A DNA stretch of 64,000 bases from Trueperaceae bacterium (GCA_965213705.1 OZ243913.1:1792001-1856000); one strand, 5' to 3'. Positions 1-11,412 are shown, counted from the stretch's first letter. The notes: generated by a model from the sequence alone, not told the origin. Program-made: numbers and translations.

Positions 1-1798
<1,798 letters not shown>

Positions 1799-1829
1799 TG
1801 AGGTGGTGTGTTGGGCTTGGCGTTCTTTT

Positions 1830-1880
1830 TTGACATTATAACGATAGCCAAACTGCTATCATATATGCTATCATCCTTGT
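1830..1880 (+). promoter_or_regulatory. Promoter/operator of TA pair
   Basis: TTGACA 1830-1835; GATAGC-N6-GCTATC palindrome 1843-1860; TGCTATCAT twice (1854, 1866); TATCAT 6 nt before GTG 1881. Confidence 0.55.
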
Positions 1881-2309
1881 GTGGGCAAACGTATCGTGCT
1901 AGACACCAACGTTCTCGTTAGCACAGTGTTGAGTCCACAAAGTTCCAATCGTGAGCTTCTGAGACGCTGCTTCAGGGGAAGCTACCAGCCCCTCATCAGC
2001 CACAAGCTTTTTCTCGAGTACGAAGACGTGTTTGCTAGAGACGAGCTGATGCAAAAGTCCCCCTTCAGTGCGCAGCAGCGTGAGCGCCTGTTAAACGATG
2101 TTTTGAGTGTGTCCTTATTTGTCCCGGTATATTACCTGTGGCGACCCAACAGCCCCGACGAAGGTGACAATCATCTTTTGGAGCTTGCCGTAGCAGGTAA
2201 TGCCGACAGCATCGTGACCTACAACGTCCGCGACCTAAAACGCGCCGAACTTCGCTTTCCCGTGTCTGTCCTCACGCCTGCCGGGCTACTGAAAGGAGAC
2301 CCACCATGA
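1881..2309 (+). CDS. PIN-domain toxin (putative TA system toxin, PIN family)
   Basis: RIVLDTNVLVS N-terminal PIN motif; WRPNSPDEGDNHLLELAVAG..IVTYN. Confidence 0.85.
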   Translation: MGKRIVLDTNVLVSTVLSPQSSNRELLRRCFRGSYQPLISHKLFLEYEDVFARDELMQKSPFSAQQRERLLNDVLSVSLFVPVYYLWRPNSPDEGDNHLLELAVAGNADSIVTYNVRDLKRAELRFPVSVLTPAGLLKGDPP

Positions 2310-2554
2310 GCGTTCTTACCATCCGCGTACCCGAGGAGAAACACCAACGCCTCAAACAACTTGCCGAGGCCAAGCAAATGAGCCTCAACAAACTCTTCGA
2401 CGAGATGAGCACCCGGCTCTTGACTGAACACGACGTGACGCAGCGTTTCAAAGCGCGCGCCGCCCTCGGGTCTGCCGAAGACGGGCTGGCGCTGTTGGAC
2501 GAGTTCGAGCGCTACGACCGAGAGCACGGTTTGGGAAATGAAGAAAGCTACTGA
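2306..2554 (+). CDS. Ribbon-helix-helix antitoxin
   Basis: MSVLTIRVPEEKHQRLKQLA..SLN RHH pattern; ATGA overlap with toxin. Confidence 0.8.
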   Translation: MSVLTIRVPEEKHQRLKQLAEAKQMSLNKLFDEMSTRLLTEHDVTQRFKARAALGSAEDGLALLDEFERYDREHGLGNEESY

Positions 2555-2573
2555 GTCCGTAAGCGGCTTTATA

Positions 2574-2636
2574 GGCAGCAAGCCGCGCGACGTGCTGGTG
2601 GAGTTGGACGAGTTACCGAATATATTTGGGAAATAA
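2574..2636 (+). repeat. 63-bp direct repeat, copy 2 (orphan ftsK 3' end, [20 protein letters not shown])
   Basis: Matches 1736-1798 with 7 mismatches, mostly synonymous. Confidence 0.9.
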
Positions 2637-2666
2637 TTCTTGATATACTTTGAGATAAGGAGATAT

Positions 2667-3713
2667 ATGCATACGAAAACATGTCTCTGGTTTATAACAA
2701 TGATGATTTCTGGAATCGCTTCAGCTGCTTGTCCTAATGTTCCAGTTCCTTATGAACCTTATAAAGTGGGAACATTTGAGCTAGCCATTGATGGCAATGT
2801 TATTACTTCTTGTGCTGCTTACAGTCTTCTTCTTGACCCCAAAACTTATCAAGAGGACATGAACGAAAGTCTTTTTTATCCCTTGGTTGAGAGCGTAGCG
2901 TCAGAACTCCAGGTTTCACCTGAGCAGGCTTCGCCTCTCTTTCTGGAGGCAAATGAAATCTCGGGTCCTATGGCATTGGACGACGTTTCGGCATTAAAAA
3001 TGTTTGGTGTTGATGAGGGTTACGTGGTAGCTATCAGTTTGCAGGTGGATAGACTCTATGACCTAGTTAGGATAGTCGGTATTTTGTTTCCAATACCTGG
3101 GCCCCCACAGACGGTCAGTCCTGTACCTGCACCTTTCAATCAGCCAGATGTAACCATACAGGAGCAGCAGCGATATGTTTGGGAAAACCTAGCCATAATA
3201 GTTGAAACCGTTGAAGATGGTAGTTACCTTGAAGAACAAGTTCGCGTTGTGGATGGTAACGGTTCAACCCTTGTCGAACTTGAGGATTATCGTATCACTG
3301 ATGTTTCTTTTCATGAGCTTGACGGTCAAGGTGCGAAGGAACTGGTGGTAAGTACATGGAGTGGCGGCAATCACTGTTGCTTTATGCAGTACATTTACAC
3401 TTCTGGCAATCCGATTCAAGAAATATATGCCCATGAAACGACCGCAACGTTCGAGGATTTAAATGGAGACGGAAAAGAAGAGTTGGTTCAAAGTGGAGTA
3501 GTGTACTTGGGAGACCTTCCCATGTGTTGCTACCCCAGCTACAACAGGGTAGACGGGTGGAACGGTGAAGAGTTTGTCGATCAAACAAACCTCTATCCAA
3601 TACTGGCTGAACGTAATATGGAGAAGAACCGCATGGACTTTCTCGATGCCAGTGCGAAGAACGATGAGATAAGCCAATACTCTGCTGAATTGGGTTTTAT
3701 GCCAACGCGTTAA
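2667..3713 (+). CDS. Low-GC hypothetical exported protein, probably frameshift-truncated (continuation to 3838)
   Basis: AGGAG RBS then ATG 2667; signal-peptide-like N-terminus; ELDGQGAKEL and DLNGDGKEEL (FG-GAP/VCBS-like), GGNHCC; AT-rich codon use. Confidence 0.65.
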   Translation: MHTKTCLWFITMMISGIASAACPNVPVPYEPYKVGTFELAIDGNVITSCAAYSLLLDPKTYQEDMNESLFYPLVESVASELQVSPEQASPLFLEANEISGPMALDDVSALKMFGVDEGYVVAISLQVDRLYDLVRIVGILFPIPGPPQTVSPVPAPFNQPDVTIQEQQRYVWENLAIIVETVEDGSYLEEQVRVVDGNGSTLVELEDYRITDVSFHELDGQGAKELVVSTWSGGNHCCFMQYIYTSGNPIQEIYAHETTATFEDLNGDGKEELVQSGVVYLGDLPMCCYPSYNRVDGWNGEEFVDQTNLYPILAERNMEKNRMDFLDASAKNDEISQYSAELGFMPTR

Positions 3714-3849
3714 TCCTTAACCAAGGTCAACAGGCTTGGGAATGGCTCGAGCAAAACGCATCCAGTGATGTTTTAGCGTGGTTAATTCCACTCAGGTCAG
3801 ACGTTGACAAAAGATTTGAAAAATTTGTCAGCGATTGACTTTGGCTTGG

Positions 3850-4641
3850 TCAATAAGGCGCTGGCGTATCTAACTCCTCAGCACTATCCTTAAACCCGTC
3901 CACAACCTCCTGCGCCGCCCCGACCAAAAAGCCCAAGTCCGACTGCACCGTGACGAACTGAAACCCTTTGTCTATCATCTTTTGAGAATAGGCGACCGAG
4001 GCGTTGTGCAGCCCGGCCTTGACGCCGTGGCGCTTGGCGGCTTCTATAATGGTGTCCAGCGCCTCCGGCACCGGCCCATCCGCAAAGTCCGCGCCCGGCG
4101 GCCCGCCGAGCGACTGGCTCAGGTCGGCCGGCCCGACGTAGATGGCGTCCAAACCCGGCACGCTCAGGATGTCGTCCAAGTTCTTCATGGCTTCCGCCGT
4201 TTCAATCATGGCGAAGGTCAGCACGGTCGCGTTGGCGTTCGGCGCGTAGTCCTTCCCGGCGTACAAGGTGGCCCTGGTCGGCCCGAAGCTACGGTAACCC
4301 TGCGGCGGGTAGCGGCAGGCTTGCACGAACGCCTCGCACTCGGCGCGGCTGTTGACCATCGGACAGATGATGCCGTAACAGCCCGCGTCGAGCATTTTCA
4401 TGATGATGCCGGCTTCGTTCCAGGGAACGCGCGCTAAGGGCGTGGTGTCGGTCGTGGAGATGGCCTGGAGCATCGGCAGCGCGGCGTCGTAGTGCAGGGG
4501 GCCGTGCTGCAGGTCGAGGGTGAGGCTGTCGAAGCCCTGGTGCGCCAGCGCCTCGGCTGCGACCGACGAGGGGATGTGCAGCCAGCCGTTGACGGCAGCT
4601 TGACCGTTCTCGAGCTTCGTTCTCAGCTTGTTTTCGCGCAC
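3850..4641 (-). CDS. HpcH/HpaI aldolase family protein
   Basis: GFDSLTLDLQHG, RYPPQGYRSFG, AMIETAEA, DAIYVGPADLS. Confidence 0.9.
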   Translation of the reverse strand: MRENKLRTKLENGQAAVNGWLHIPSSVAAEALAHQGFDSLTLDLQHGPLHYDAALPMLQAISTTDTTPLARVPWNEAGIIMKMLDAGCYGIICPMVNSRAECEAFVQACRYPPQGYRSFGPTRATLYAGKDYAPNANATVLTFAMIETAEAMKNLDDILSVPGLDAIYVGPADLSQSLGGPPGADFADGPVPEALDTIIEAAKRHGVKAGLHNASVAYSQKMIDKGFQFVTVQSDLGFLVGAAQEVVDGFKDSAEELDTPAPY

Positions 4642-4651
4642 GGTGCCTCCC

Positions 4652-5335
4652 TTAATTTGTCAACCAGTATCTCATGACGGCCGTGACCGCTTGGGGTTGC
4701 TCGAGCATACTATAGTGCCCGCTGTCCTCAATCGGCACCAGCGCCGCGTTCGGGATGAGGCGGGCCATTTCCTCGTGGAGTTCGAGCGGTGTCACCCTGT
4801 CTTGTCGCCCGACGAGGAGCAGGGTGGGGCAGGCGATAGAAGGCAAATGCGGGCGGCTGTCGACGCGGCTGGCGAGCATGTCGAGCTGAGTGACGAAGGT
4901 GTCGACGCCCGTCTCGAGGGCCATCTGCTCGAGCACCACCCGCAAACTCGGGTCGGCCTGGGGGTGCAGGCCGTTCGTGAACCCCTCGACAATGGTTTTG
5001 AACCCGCCCGCTCGAGCCTCCTGTTGCCAACGCGCCCAGGTGTCCAACTGCGCCGCGGTGCTGCCGCCGGGGTTGGCGTCCAGCAGGGCGAGTTTGACGA
5101 CGCGTTTCGGGGCCTGACGCACTATCTCGAGGGCGACGATGGCCCCTTGCGAAAACCCGGCCAGGGCGAAGGTTTCCGGCGCTTGCGCCAGCACCCAGGC
5201 GGCGCAGGCTGCAACCGTCTCACCCACGCTGAGCGGCAACACGAACATGTCGGCAAAGTCGGCAAGGTGCGTGGTTTGATGGTCGAACACTGCCGCGGTG
5301 CAGAGCGTGCCGGGAAGAAGGACGAGGGGCGTCAC
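4652..5335 (-). CDS. Alpha/beta hydrolase
   Basis: LVLLPGTLC, GFSQG nucleophile elbow, GRQDRVTP, GHYS; GTG start overlaps upstream TGA. Confidence 0.85.
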   Translation of the reverse strand: MTPLVLLPGTLCTAAVFDHQTTHLADFADMFVLPLSVGETVAACAAWVLAQAPETFALAGFSQGAIVALEIVRQAPKRVVKLALLDANPGGSTAAQLDTWARWQQEARAGGFKTIVEGFTNGLHPQADPSLRVVLEQMALETGVDTFVTQLDMLASRVDSRPHLPSIACPTLLLVGRQDRVTPLELHEEMARLIPNAALVPIEDSGHYSMLEQPQAVTAVMRYWLTN

Positions 5336-6756
5336 GCGCCGACCTTTTGGTACGCTTCGAAAAGTGCGGCCTCGCCGCCGACGTTGCCCGGAAAGACGAC
5401 GTAGGGCAGGCCGGGGTAACGCGTTTCCTCGCCCAAGCGCCACACGGGCACGCCGGGCAGCAGCTGCCCCAGCACCAGCGCGCGCCGCATCCCCAGCGCT
5501 TTCGTGGCGACGTCGCTGCTGGTAATGCCGCCCTTGGCGATGATGAAGCGCGGCGCGTCGTCGAGCCCTTTTACAAGCGCCACAAGACCCGCCGACACGC
5601 GCCGGTTGACGTCCAGATGAACGTCCAGGCTTCCCGCGGCCTCGTCGGCGTTCCCGGCGACGAGGCCGCGGCTGGTGTAAAGGACCACGTCTCCCTCACG
5701 CAACCGCTCGTTTAAGACCGCGCGAACGCGCTCGAGTTCAGCCTCACGCGCCTCCAACAAGTTTTCAACCCTGAGTTCGACCGCTGCCACGTCGCTGTGC
5801 CGGGTCAAGTAAGCGAGTTGCGCGCTGCTTTGGGGCACGTACGAGCCGACGACGACGAGGCCGCCGCGAAGGCCGCCCGTTCCCTTCCGCGCGTTGAAGT
5901 CGCGCTTTGTTAGCAGCGGCCGCTCCGAAATGCCCGCCCGCAGGGGCACAAACGAGGCGGCGGTGCGGTAGAGAAAGCGTTTGCCCGCGGCCTCCGCGGT
6001 CATCAAAGCCAGCGTTACGACCTCGAGGTCGCGTTTACAGAGCGCGTTGACGACGCACACCGCGTCCGCCGGGAGCGACAGCACCTGTTTCAGCACCTCT
6101 TCCGGCCCGGACCTGACGAGGTTCAAAGAGAGCGAGGCGACCTCACCCGCCCGGCGACGCCCCGCGGTTTTTTCCTCGACCCAGGCTTTGAGGTCGGCGT
6201 GCCGGTAGCCGAAGCTCGCGTCTCGCGCGAAGGGCGTCTCGGCGGCGGGGATGAGGGTATCACCCTCGAGGACGTAGTGAACGTCCGCCGCCGTGTAGCG
6301 CCCGCCCTCGAAAAAGGCGGGGATGAGAAAGGTGGCGTCGAAGCCGCCGAAGGTTTCCGCCAGGGCGTCCGTCTCGGCGGGGTAGTGGCCGCGCAGCGTC
6401 GAGTCGCTCCGGCTGACGAGGGTGAAGCGCGTGCCGCTGCGTTCGCCCGCCTCGAGCAGGGCGGAGCCGATGTCACGGTTCAAGGCTCCGGCTTCCTCCG
6501 CGGTCACGCTGCGGCTGTTGGTCAGGATGTAAAACGCTGGGTGGGCGCTCCCGAACTCGCGCACCAGGCTCTGAGCGGTCCACTCGCTCAGCACCGGAAC
6601 GCCGTGGACGCTCTGGGTACCGGTCGGGTCGTCGTCCAGCACGACGACCTTGCTACCAGCGAGCGCGACCCTGACCTGCTCGAGCGCCGTGTCCAAGGGG
6701 TGCGGCCAGGGCGGCGGCAGGGCGGCGTTGAGTGTGGTCAGGGTCTGGTTCGGCAC
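5332..6756 (-). CDS. Four-carbon acid sugar kinase family (DUF1537, OtnK/DtnK-like)
   Basis: VVLDDDPTG, SRSDSTLRGH, IAKGGITSSD, VVFPGNVG. Confidence 0.9.
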   Translation of the reverse strand: MPNQTLTTLNAALPPPWPHPLDTALEQVRVALAGSKVVVLDDDPTGTQSVHGVPVLSEWTAQSLVREFGSAHPAFYILTNSRSVTAEEAGALNRDIGSALLEAGERSGTRFTLVSRSDSTLRGHYPAETDALAETFGGFDATFLIPAFFEGGRYTAADVHYVLEGDTLIPAAETPFARDASFGYRHADLKAWVEEKTAGRRRAGEVASLSLNLVRSGPEEVLKQVLSLPADAVCVVNALCKRDLEVVTLALMTAEAAGKRFLYRTAASFVPLRAGISERPLLTKRDFNARKGTGGLRGGLVVVGSYVPQSSAQLAYLTRHSDVAAVELRVENLLEAREAELERVRAVLNERLREGDVVLYTSRGLVAGNADEAAGSLDVHLDVNRRVSAGLVALVKGLDDAPRFIIAKGGITSSDVATKALGMRRALVLGQLLPGVPVWRLGEETRYPGLPYVVFPGNVGGEAALFEAYQKVGA

Positions 6757-6798
6757 GGCTCGAGTTTCAGGTACACAGCTCTCGAGGTTGGTCGGCGT

Positions 6799-7452
6799 TC
6801 ACTCGTGGCTGCCGATGCGCTTCAAGATGTCCTGGCCCAGGGCGTCGAACCCGTCCGGCACCTTGACCATTTTGCCGGTTGCGTCCGCCTCGTAACCCAT
6901 GCGTTCGGCGGCGCTGACGACGTAAGGTGCCCAGTAGGGGTCTTTGCCCTTGAAGACTTCGTGCGGCTCGAGCACCGCGAACAGCCAGGCCGTGCCCTCT
7001 TGCCCCGGCAGCACCTCGAAACCGCGCCACAGTTTGGGCGGCAGGCTGATGAGGTCCCACTTTTCCAAATTTGTCTCGCCCGTGACCGTGTCCTCGCTGT
7101 CGCCCCAATAAAAGCGCCACTTGTGCTCGGTCAGCGGCACGAAGCATTCGATGTAGTCGTGCGTGTGGTAGGCGGGGCCGTTGCCGGGCTCGGCCTTGAC
7201 CATGCCGATTTGAAAGCCGTGCGGCGTGGTAATCATCGGTTCGAAGTTCGGGTTTTCGCTCGCGGTGTCGCCGATGACCGCGTAGTTGAGGCGCTGGTGA
7301 TGCTCCAAGGGACTGTCGATGAACATGAGGGGGATGGGCTGCTGCAACAGAGCCTGAAAACGGCTGATGCGCCCCTCCATCGCGCCCAGACCGCTGTCGT
7401 CGCCTCGTTGTTCACGTGGGTCGGTCATGTCTGACTCGATTATGTCTGCCAT
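6799..7452 (-). CDS. Cupin-domain protein
   Basis: GNGPAYHTHDYIECF cupin motif 1; DLISLPPKLWRGF motif 2; GAGGAG RBS. Confidence 0.75.
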   Translation of the reverse strand: MADIIESDMTDPREQRGDDSGLGAMEGRISRFQALLQQPIPLMFIDSPLEHHQRLNYAVIGDTASENPNFEPMITTPHGFQIGMVKAEPGNGPAYHTHDYIECFVPLTEHKWRFYWGDSEDTVTGETNLEKWDLISLPPKLWRGFEVLPGQEGTAWLFAVLEPHEVFKGKDPYWAPYVVSAAERMGYEADATGKMVKVPDGFDALGQDILKRIGSHE

Positions 7453-7720
7453 CGTTGCTCCTCTCGAGGCTGTCCATTGAACGCTTCCGGCCCTGACTTT
7501 GGGGATGACCGGGCCAAATGTGCTCGCACGAGTTTAACGCATCCACCGCCGAGCGTGCGGACCAGGTGCAGGGATTGACGGCTCTATCGCGCCCATAGTA
7601 CGGTGTTTTCCCAAGGTACTGCACAACCCGCAACGCTCGACGGGGTTTTTGCCCGGCCCCTTCAGGGCGAGACGAAGCTCCCACCGACCCCGACTTTATA
7701 CCCCCGAAACGGAGAAACGC

Positions 7721-8839
7721 ATGGCGAAAACGGCCGAAACGGACGCCTCTCCCCAAGACGTCGTGGCGAACCGCAAACCTGTTACCGACGTCCCCGGCAC
7801 CGACGTCAGCGTCTTGATGAACCCTGGTGGTGAAAAACGCCAGAGCATGACGGGGTTCGACGAAGACTACGTCGACATCGTCGACTACATCGTCCGCTGT
7901 ACGCACAAAATCTGGGAGGAGCGCGGGCTCGGCCTCATCTACAGCCATTACCAGCACAACGTCCTCATCCACACCTCGGACGGGCAGACGATGGAGCGCG
8001 ACAAGGTCATCGCGGACAGCGCCAAGACGATGGCGGCGTTTCCGAACATCCGACTCTATGCCGACGACGTGATTTGGTCGGGCGACGCCGAGCGCGGTTT
8101 TCACTCGTCGCACCGCATCACCTGGACCGGGCGCAACACGGGTTACAGCATCTACGGCCCGCCGACCGGGCGCAAGGTGGTGCGCCAGGGCATCGCCCAC
8201 TGCTTTGTGAAAAACAACCGCGTGGTCGAGGAGTGGATTTGCCGGGACGAGTTGGCGCTGGTGCAGCAGCTCGGCCTCGAGCCCGTCGCCCTCGCTAAAA
8301 AGATGGCCCTGCGGGACGCCCTCAGCGGTGGCCGCCCGCCCGTTTGGGCGACCGGCGAGGTCGAACGCTTGCGCGGGCAGGTCCAGCCCGAGCGCCTACC
8401 CGATGTAGATGCAGACAATCCTGAGTTGTTCATCAAAACGATGCTCCACAACGTCTGGAACCGCCGCATGATTGGCGATACAGACCGCTACTACGCGCCG
8501 CACCTCTACGCGCGCACGCCCGGCCACCGGATGAGCTACGGTTTGGGTGACTACAAGGCGTTCGTCGTCGGGCTTATCGCGGCTTTCCCAGACCTGGCGC
8601 TCGTCGTCGACCACCAGTGCCACGTTGAAGATGCCAGCGGCCACCGCGTGGCGACGCGCTGGTTTTTGAACGGCACCCACGACGGCCCCGGCCCTTACGG
8701 CGAGCCGAGCGGCAAGCCCGTCACCGCCTGGGGCATCTCGCACCACGAAATCCGCGACGGCAAGATTGAACGCGAGTGGCTGATTTTTGACGTGTTCGCG
8801 CTTCTCAAGCAAATCTACTGGCCCGCGGGCGAGGCGTAG
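7721..8839 (+). CDS. Tandem SnoaL-like/NTF2 ester cyclase family protein
   Basis: Two SnoaL-like halves (AAFPNI..GPPTGRKV..VVEEW; AAFPDL..GTHDGPG..GEPSGKPV..KIEREW); GGAGA RBS. Confidence 0.8.
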   Translation: MAKTAETDASPQDVVANRKPVTDVPGTDVSVLMNPGGEKRQSMTGFDEDYVDIVDYIVRCTHKIWEERGLGLIYSHYQHNVLIHTSDGQTMERDKVIADSAKTMAAFPNIRLYADDVIWSGDAERGFHSSHRITWTGRNTGYSIYGPPTGRKVVRQGIAHCFVKNNRVVEEWICRDELALVQQLGLEPVALAKKMALRDALSGGRPPVWATGEVERLRGQVQPERLPDVDADNPELFIKTMLHNVWNRRMIGDTDRYYAPHLYARTPGHRMSYGLGDYKAFVVGLIAAFPDLALVVDHQCHVEDASGHRVATRWFLNGTHDGPGPYGEPSGKPVTAWGISHHEIRDGKIEREWLIFDVFALLKQIYWPAGEA

Positions 8840-9973
8840 ATGTACGACGTCATCGTCCTCGGTGTGGGTGGGATGGGCAGCGCGACGGTGTACGAACTCG
8901 CCAAGCGCGGAAAAAAAGTGCTCGGGCTGGAGCGTTTCGACATCCCGCACGAACTGGGCTCGTCCCACGGCACGACGCGCATCATCCGGCTCGCCTACTA
9001 CGAGGACGGCGCGTACGTGCCCCTCTTGCGCCGGGCGTACGAGCTGTGGCGGGAGTTGGAAGAGGTTACGGGCGAACGGGTTTTGCACGTCACGGGGTCT
9101 ATCGACGCCGGCCCCGAAGACGACTGGGTATTTAAGGGCTCGCTCGAGTCTTGTGCCCAGCACGGCATTCCCCACGAGGTTTTGGACGCTAGCGCCCTCC
9201 ACGAACGCTTCCCCGGCTACGAGTTGCCCGACGGACACTTCGCGCTGTTACAAGAAGAGGGCGGCTTTTTGACGCCGGAGCGGTGCATCGTCAACTTTGT
9301 CAGTGCAGCGCAAGCGTTAGGCGCGGAGGTGCGGGCGCGGGAGCGGGTGCTCGAGTGGCGCGAAACCCCTCACGGCGTCACCGTGCGCACCGAGCGCGGC
9401 ACCTTCGAAGCTGCCGAACTCGTCATCACGGCGGGCGCGTGGGCGGCGCAGCAGGTGCCTGGTCTGGGCGGCAACGCGCAGGCCGAGCGGCAAGTGCTGA
9501 GTTGGTTTCAACCCCACAAACCTCAGCTGTTTACGCCCGACCGTTTTCCGGTTTTCAACTTAGCCGTAGACGAGGGACGCTACTACGGCTTTCCGGTTTA
9601 CGGAATTCCCGGTTTCAAAATCGGGCTCTATCACCACCTGCACGAAACGGTCGACCCCGACCGGCTCGAGCGGGACGTTCACCCCCAGGACGAGGCGGTA
9701 CTGCGCGAGTGCGTGGCCCGCTATTTCCCCGCGGCGAACGGCCCCACGATGACGCTGAAAACCTGCCTGTTCACCAACTCCCCCGACGAGCACTTCATCA
9801 TCGGGCGACACCCGGATTTCGCGCACGTGAGCTTCGCGGCGGGGTTCTCGGGCCACGGCTTCAAGTTTTGCAGCGTGGTGGGCGAGGTGCTGGCCGATTT
9901 AGCCGTGCAGGGAGCGACGCGTCACCCTATAAAGCTGTTCAACCCACAGCGTTACTTGGCCGCGGTTCGTTGA
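8840..9973 (+). CDS. solA: N-methyl-L-tryptophan oxidase / monomeric sarcosine oxidase family
   Basis: DVIVLGVGGMGS FAD motif, GSSHGTTRIIR, CLFTNSPDEHFIIG, GFSGHGFKF. Confidence 0.85.
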   Translation: MYDVIVLGVGGMGSATVYELAKRGKKVLGLERFDIPHELGSSHGTTRIIRLAYYEDGAYVPLLRRAYELWRELEEVTGERVLHVTGSIDAGPEDDWVFKGSLESCAQHGIPHEVLDASALHERFPGYELPDGHFALLQEEGGFLTPERCIVNFVSAAQALGAEVRARERVLEWRETPHGVTVRTERGTFEAAELVITAGAWAAQQVPGLGGNAQAERQVLSWFQPHKPQLFTPDRFPVFNLAVDEGRYYGFPVYGIPGFKIGLYHHLHETVDPDRLERDVHPQDEAVLRECVARYFPAANGPTMTLKTCLFTNSPDEHFIIGRHPDFAHVSFAAGFSGHGFKFCSVVGEVLADLAVQGATRHPIKLFNPQRYLAAVR

Positions 9974-10008
9974 AACAGGGCGACCACAAAGTCAGCTTGC
10001 ACTGTAGG

Positions 10009-10108
10009 TTGTCGTTGCGAGCGAATGCGAAGCAATCCTGATGTTTGAAGTGCGCTGGCAGTGAAGCGTGAGGTTGCTTCGTCCGCTTACGCTCCCTCGC
10101 AATGACAA
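10009..10108. repeat. Palindromic REP-like element (GTCRTTGCGAG..GAAGCAATC..GGTTGCTTC..CTCGCAATGAC)
   Basis: Terminal arms TTGTCGTTGCGAG/CTCGCAATGACAA; inner arms CGAAGCAA/TTGCTTCG. Confidence 0.8.
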
Positions 10109-10176
10109 GTGTGGATGAAGGCTGACTCTGCTATAACCCATTCGTTAAGCCAGCAATTCAAGATGAGCAGGAAAAG

Positions 10177-10281
10177 CCCCCCCTTAACAAGGGGGGTTGG
10201 GGGGATTTGCTTCTGTAAAGACACTGTAGAGGTTTTCACAGAAGCAAACCTCCCCTAACCCCTCCTATTAGGAGGGGGATT
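10177..10281. repeat. ~104-bp composite palindromic dispersed repeat, copy 1
   Basis: Near-identical to 37681-37784 (4 substitutions in the central part). Confidence 0.9.
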
Positions 10282-10362
10282 TATTCCCCTCATTTAAGCT
10301 TCCTGCACGTGTAGTTGCCTTCATCTTGAATTGCTGTCATTAAGCGTGAGGGCTTGCACTTC

Positions 10363-11376
10363 ATGCAACTGAAACCCACCATTCAGCACATCGCCCGGCA
10401 AGCCGGGGTCAGCGTGACCACCGTGTCGCGCGTGCTGAACGAGCACCCGAACGTGCGGTCCGGCACGCGGGCGCGGGTCGAGGAGGTGATGGCGGCTCTC
10501 GAGTACCGCCCCAACTTCGCCGCGCGGAGTATGCGCACGCAGCGCTCGCAGGTTATCGCCTTTGTGACCGACCAAATCGCCACCACGCCCTTCGCGGTGC
10601 GCACCGTCGAGGGCGCGCAGCGGCTCGCCTGGGAGCACGGCAAGCTGCTGTTCGTCGTCAATACCTCCGGCGACGCGTCCTTAGAAGAAGCGGTGTTGGA
10701 GAACCTGCTCGAGCGCCAGGTCGAGGGCGTCATCTACGCCGCACTCTACCACCGCCGGGTCGAGCCGCCCGCGCTGCTCAAAGAGGTGCCGACCGTTTTA
10801 ATCGACTGCTTCAGCGACGACGGGGCGTTCACCTCGGTTGTGCCGGACGAGGCGAAGGCGGGGTTTACCGCGACGCAGACGTTGCTCGAGCTGGGCCACC
10901 GCCGCGTCGCGCTGCTGAACTTGCGCCGCGGCACGGTCGCCGCCGAGCAGCGTCAAGTGGGCTACGAACAGGCGCTGGCGGAACACGGCGTAGAACTCGA
11001 CAAAAAACTCGTCCGCTACGGCGACTGGACGGCGAGCGGCGGCTACTTACACACCCTCGCGGTGATGCAGTTGCCGGAGCCGCCCAGCGCGCTTTTTTGC
11101 GCCAACGACCGAACTGCGATGGGCGCGTACGACGCGCTGCGCGAACTCAACCTCAGAATTCCCGAAGATGTCTCGGTCGTCGGCTTCGACGACCAGGAGG
11201 TCATCGCCGCTTACCTTCGTCCCGCGCTCACGACGATGGCCTTGCCGCACTATGAGATGGGGCGCTGGGCCGTGAACGCGCTGCTCCGGCAGGACAAACC
11301 CGTTCAGGCGAAACTCGAGTGCCCGCTCGTCCCGCGCGCCTCGGTCTCGTTCAGGAGGGAGGGCGCTTTACCTTAA
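10363..11376 (+). CDS. LacI family transcriptional regulator
   Basis: TIQHIARQAGVSVTTVSRVLN HTH; IPEDVSVVGFDD. Confidence 0.95.
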   Translation: MQLKPTIQHIARQAGVSVTTVSRVLNEHPNVRSGTRARVEEVMAALEYRPNFAARSMRTQRSQVIAFVTDQIATTPFAVRTVEGAQRLAWEHGKLLFVVNTSGDASLEEAVLENLLERQVEGVIYAALYHRRVEPPALLKEVPTVLIDCFSDDGAFTSVVPDEAKAGFTATQTLLELGHRRVALLNLRRGTVAAEQRQVGYEQALAEHGVELDKKLVRYGDWTASGGYLHTLAVMQLPEPPSALFCANDRTAMGAYDALRELNLRIPEDVSVVGFDDQEVIAAYLRPALTTMALPHYEMGRWAVNALLRQDKPVQAKLECPLVPRASVSFRREGALP

Positions 11377-11412
11377 TCCGGCACAAGCCACTTTTCAGAA
11401 AGGGAGAACACC

